A stretch of 10,550 nt of DNA, taken from IMG/VR virus record IMGVR_UViG_2609459856_000005, positions 1 to 10,550 of that record; one strand, 5' to 3'. The notes beneath the pieces were generated by a model that ran no database searches, had not been told where the DNA came from, and saw nothing but the letters and a program-made list of their open reading frames with translations. A program made the position numbers and the translations under genes. This document shows, one piece after another, positions 6,938 to 10,550 of the stretch. The DNA comes from a virus (taxonomy: Duplodnaviria; Heunggongvirae; Uroviricota; Caudoviricetes). Within the stretch, counting starts at the first letter, position 1; the number at the start of each line of letters is the position of its first letter.

Positions 6938-7565
6938 TGTACCGCTGAGTCTGAAATCTGTCAGTGACTCCGGTGAGTTTGAAGGGTATGGCTCCGTCTT
7001 TGGTGTAAAGGACAGCCACGATGATGTGGTGATGTCCGGGGCATTTGCTGCTTCACTGCGGGCGTGGAGTGACAGAAAAGCGTTACCTGCGCTGCTCTGG
7101 CAGCACCGCATGGATGAACCCATCGGTGTTTACACCGAAATGAAGGAAGACGATGTCGGGCTTTACGTCAGGGGACGGTTGCTTATTGATGATGATCCCC
7201 TCGCAAAACGCGCACATGCACACATGAAGGCCGGTTCGTTAACCGGCCTTTCTATTGGGTACGTCCTGAAAGACTGGGAATACGACCGGAGCAAAGAAGC
7301 CTTTCTGCTGAAAGAAATCGACCTCTGGGAAGTCAGCCTGGTGACGTTCCCGTCTAACGACGAGGCGCGGATCAGCGACGTCAAGAACGCACTGGCCCGC
7401 GGGGAAATCCCCGAACAGAAAAAAATCGAAAGAGTCCTGCGTGATGTCGGACTCTCCCGTACCCAGGCCAAAGCATTCATGGCCGGGGGCTATGGCGCAC
7501 TGTCCCTGCGCGACGCTGAGGATGTGGGCTCTGCACTGAATGCACTGAAAAATCTAAACTTCTAA
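6915..7565 (+). CDS. Prohead maturation protease (HK97 family, peptidase S78-like)
   Basis: Protein MQTKQRLDVPLSLKSVSDSGEFEGYGSVFGVKDSHDDVV... between portal and major capsid genes. Start chosen at ATG 6915 (AAGGA upstream, 23-nt overlap with portal) rather than the in-frame ATG 6879, which has no Shine-Dalgarno. Confidence 0.88.
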   Translation: MQTKQRLDVPLSLKSVSDSGEFEGYGSVFGVKDSHDDVVMSGAFAASLRAWSDRKALPALLWQHRMDEPIGVYTEMKEDDVGLYVRGRLLIDDDPLAKRAHAHMKAGSLTGLSIGYVLKDWEYDRSKEAFLLKEIDLWEVSLVTFPSNDEARISDVKNALARGEIPEQKKIERVLRDVGLSRTQAKAFMAGGYGALSLRDAEDVGSALNALKNLNF

Positions 7566-7579
7566 TCAGGAGAAATACG

Positions 7580-8785
7580 ATGGCGGTTGATATTAAAGAT
7601 GTCGAACAGGTCGCGCAGGAGCTGCAGCAGAAGTTTGACGACTTCAAAGCAAAGAACGACAAGCGCGTGGATGCGATTGAGCAGGAAAAAGGCAAACTTG
7701 CCGGGCAGGTGGAAACCCTGAACGGGAAACTCAGCGAGCTGGAAAACCTCAAAAGCGATCTTGAAAAAGAGCTGCTTGAGCTGAAACGTCCGGCAGGTGG
7801 TGCGCAAAATAAACTGGCCACCGAGCATAAAGAAGCGTTTGTGGGCTTCCTGCGTAAAGGCCGTGAAGACGGTCTGCGCGATCTGGAGCGCAAGGCATTG
7901 CAGGTGGGCACCGATGAAGACGGTGGCTATGCCGTGCCGGAAGCACTGGATCGCAACATTCTCACCCTGCTGAAAGATGAAGTGGTGATGCGCCAGGAAG
8001 CCACGGTGATCACCGTTGGTGGTTCCGACTACAAAAAACTGGTGAATCTGGGCGGCACGGCTTCCGGATGGGTTGGCGAGACTGACGCGCGCTCCCAGAC
8101 CGCCACCTCAAAACTGGGACTGATTGAACCTTTCATGGGGGAAATCTACGGTAACCCGCAGGCCACCCAGAAAATGCTGGATGATGCCTTTTTCAACGTG
8201 GAAGCATGGATCAACAGCGAGCTGGCAACCGAATTTGCCGAACAGGAAGAAATTGCCTTTACCACCGGCGATGGTACCAAGAAGCCGAAAGGGTTCCTAG
8301 CGTATGAATCCACTGATGAAACCGATAAGGTCCGGGCGTTCGGCAAACTTCAGCATATTGTATCCGGCGAAGCGACGGCGGTGACCGCAGACGCCATTAT
8401 CAAACTGATTTACACGCTGCGTAAGGCACACCGCACTGGCGCGAAGTTCATGATGAACAACAACAGCCTGTTTGCCATCCGTCTGCTTAAAGACAGCGAG
8501 GGTAACTATCTGTGGCGTCCGGGGCTGGAACTGGGGCAGCCGTCCTCTCTGGCGGGTTACGGTATCGCTGAAAACGAACAGATGCCGGATATCGCCGCTG
8601 ATGCGAAAGCCATTGCATTTGGTAACTTCAAACGGGGTTACACCATCGTTGACCGTATCGGCACCCGCATTCTGCGTGACCCGTACACCAATAAACCGTT
8701 TGTCGGTTTTTATACCACCAAGCGCACCGGCGGGATGCTGGTCGATTCGCAGGCCATCAAACTGCTGAAGATTGCAGCGGCGTAA
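7580..8785 (+). CDS. Major capsid protein (HK97 fold) with N-terminal delta/scaffolding domain
   Basis: 401 aa. AGGAG Shine-Dalgarno. The first ~100 aa are a charged coiled-coil (EQVAQELQQKFDDFKAKNDKRVDAIEQEKGKLAGQVETLNGKLSELENLKSDLEKELLELKR) typical of the HK97 gp5 delta domain removed by the prohead protease. Directly downstream of the protease gene. Confidence 0.95.
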   Translation: MAVDIKDVEQVAQELQQKFDDFKAKNDKRVDAIEQEKGKLAGQVETLNGKLSELENLKSDLEKELLELKRPAGGAQNKLATEHKEAFVGFLRKGREDGLRDLERKALQVGTDEDGGYAVPEALDRNILTLLKDEVVMRQEATVITVGGSDYKKLVNLGGTASGWVGETDARSQTATSKLGLIEPFMGEIYGNPQATQKMLDDAFFNVEAWINSELATEFAEQEEIAFTTGDGTKKPKGFLAYESTDETDKVRAFGKLQHIVSGEATAVTADAIIKLIYTLRKAHRTGAKFMMNNNSLFAIRLLKDSEGNYLWRPGLELGQPSSLAGYGIAENEQMPDIAADAKAIAFGNFKRGYTIVDRIGTRILRDPYTNKPFVGFYTTKRTGGMLVDSQAIKLLKIAAA

Positions 8786-8790
8786 TCACT

Positions 8791-8820
8791 CAGGGGCGCG
8801 GAACCGCACCCCCTGTTCTG
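8791..8820 (+). terminator. GC-rich imperfect hairpin immediately after the capsid gene (possible attenuator or mRNA-stabilising stem-loop)
   Basis: CAGGGGCGCGG-AA-CCGCACCCCCTG followed by TGTTCTG; the stem has one mismatch or bulge and the T-tract is poor. Confidence 0.3.
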
Positions 8821-8834
8821 ACGGGTGAAGAATC

Positions 8835-9023
8835 ATGATCCTGAAACAAGATCTGAAATGGTCACCGGACGGTATGCGTGTTGAGATTATTCGGGCCGGT
8901 GAGTATGAAGATAAAGAATTACCCGAACGGGTACGCGAAATTGCCACTGCAGCTGGGATTGTCTCTGATAAGAGAACACCTGTTGCGCGGGGGGCTGATA
9001 AGTCTAAAAAACAGCATTCATAG
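8835..9023 (+). CDS. Small hypothetical protein (62 aa) between capsid and head-tail connector genes
   Basis: ORF MILKQDLKWSPDGMRVEIIRAGEYEDKELPERVREIATAAGIVSDKRTPVARGADKSKKQHS has protein-like composition and fills the 250-bp gap. Shine-Dalgarno weak. The overlapping minus-strand ORF 8786-9034 looks like a shadow frame. Confidence 0.4.
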   Translation: MILKQDLKWSPDGMRVEIIRAGEYEDKELPERVREIATAAGIVSDKRTPVARGADKSKKQHS

Positions 9024-9034
9024 AGGTTGCCCAA

Positions 9035-9340
9035 ATGATGCCCACTCTGGAAGAGCTTCGTGTTCAGTGCCGGATTGATGATGACAATGAACAGGAGAAT
9101 TCTCTTCTTATGATGTATCTGGCTGCTGCCAGGGAAGAGGCTGAAAAGTTTTTAAACCGGACGCTTTACGATGAAACTGTTTCTGAGCAGGATACGACCG
9201 GGCTTGTAATAACACCTCTGATAAAACTGCGTCTTATGCAACTGGTTGGCTACTGGTACGAGAACAGGGAAATGCAGGATGCAGTGCCTGATTTTTTCTA
9301 TACCGGACTGCGGATGTATCGGTTTCATCCCGGAACATAG
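9035..9340 (+). CDS. Head-tail connector protein (gp6-like)
   Basis: 101 aa, MMPTLEELRVQCRIDDDNEQENSLLMMYLAAAREEAEKFLNRTL... is the characteristic N-terminus of gp6-like head-tail connector proteins. AGAGGT Shine-Dalgarno; position after the capsid gene. Confidence 0.85.
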   Translation: MMPTLEELRVQCRIDDDNEQENSLLMMYLAAAREEAEKFLNRTLYDETVSEQDTTGLVITPLIKLRLMQLVGYWYENREMQDAVPDFFYTGLRMYRFHPGT

Positions 9341-9348
9341 GAGGATTC

Positions 9349-10550
<1,202 letters not shown>

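Noticed and set aside
5711-7123. Long antisense ORFs across the portal gene (5711-6547, 278 aa; 6719-7123, 134 aa)
   Set aside because: Completely overlapped by the portal frame, which has clear identity and a Shine-Dalgarno; low-complexity Arg/Gln-rich translation typical of antisense frames.
7163-7946. Antisense ORFs over the protease and capsid genes (7163-7480, 7477-7911, 7562-7828, 7749-7946)
   Set aside because: Ser/Arg/Cys-rich low-complexity products opposite well-supported structural genes.
8786-9034. Minus-strand 82-aa ORF in the capsid/connector gap
   Set aside because: Composition looks non-protein-like and it opposes the direction of the late operon; the + strand 62-aa frame is more plausible, though itself uncertain.

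Overview
This window is a lambdoid/HK97-type prophage late region from an enterobacterial (E. coli-like) genome, read left to right on the + strand. It opens with a phage-21/Qin-type lysis cassette: pinholin, a YdfR-like DUF1327 gene, SAR endolysin, and Rz with Rz1 embedded. A visibly AT-rich accessory (moron) island follows at about 1660-2764, with two convergent ORFs, one of them a minus-strand 179-aa protein that I tentatively place in the YfbU family. This island is my best candidate for undescribed accessory or defence biology, but the sequence alone does not prove a system. After it comes an HK97-like packaging and head module: HNH endonuclease, a putative cos region, TerS (P27 family), TerL, a small membrane protein, portal, prohead protease, major capsid protein and head-tail connector. 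The next head gene (head closure/adaptor) is cut after about 9 codons by an IS911-like IS3-family element that runs off the window end, so the prophage is probably defective for virion assembly. No tRNA, rRNA or CRISPR array was seen. All family assignments come from reading the translated ORFs and from recalled family knowledge; no database search was run.
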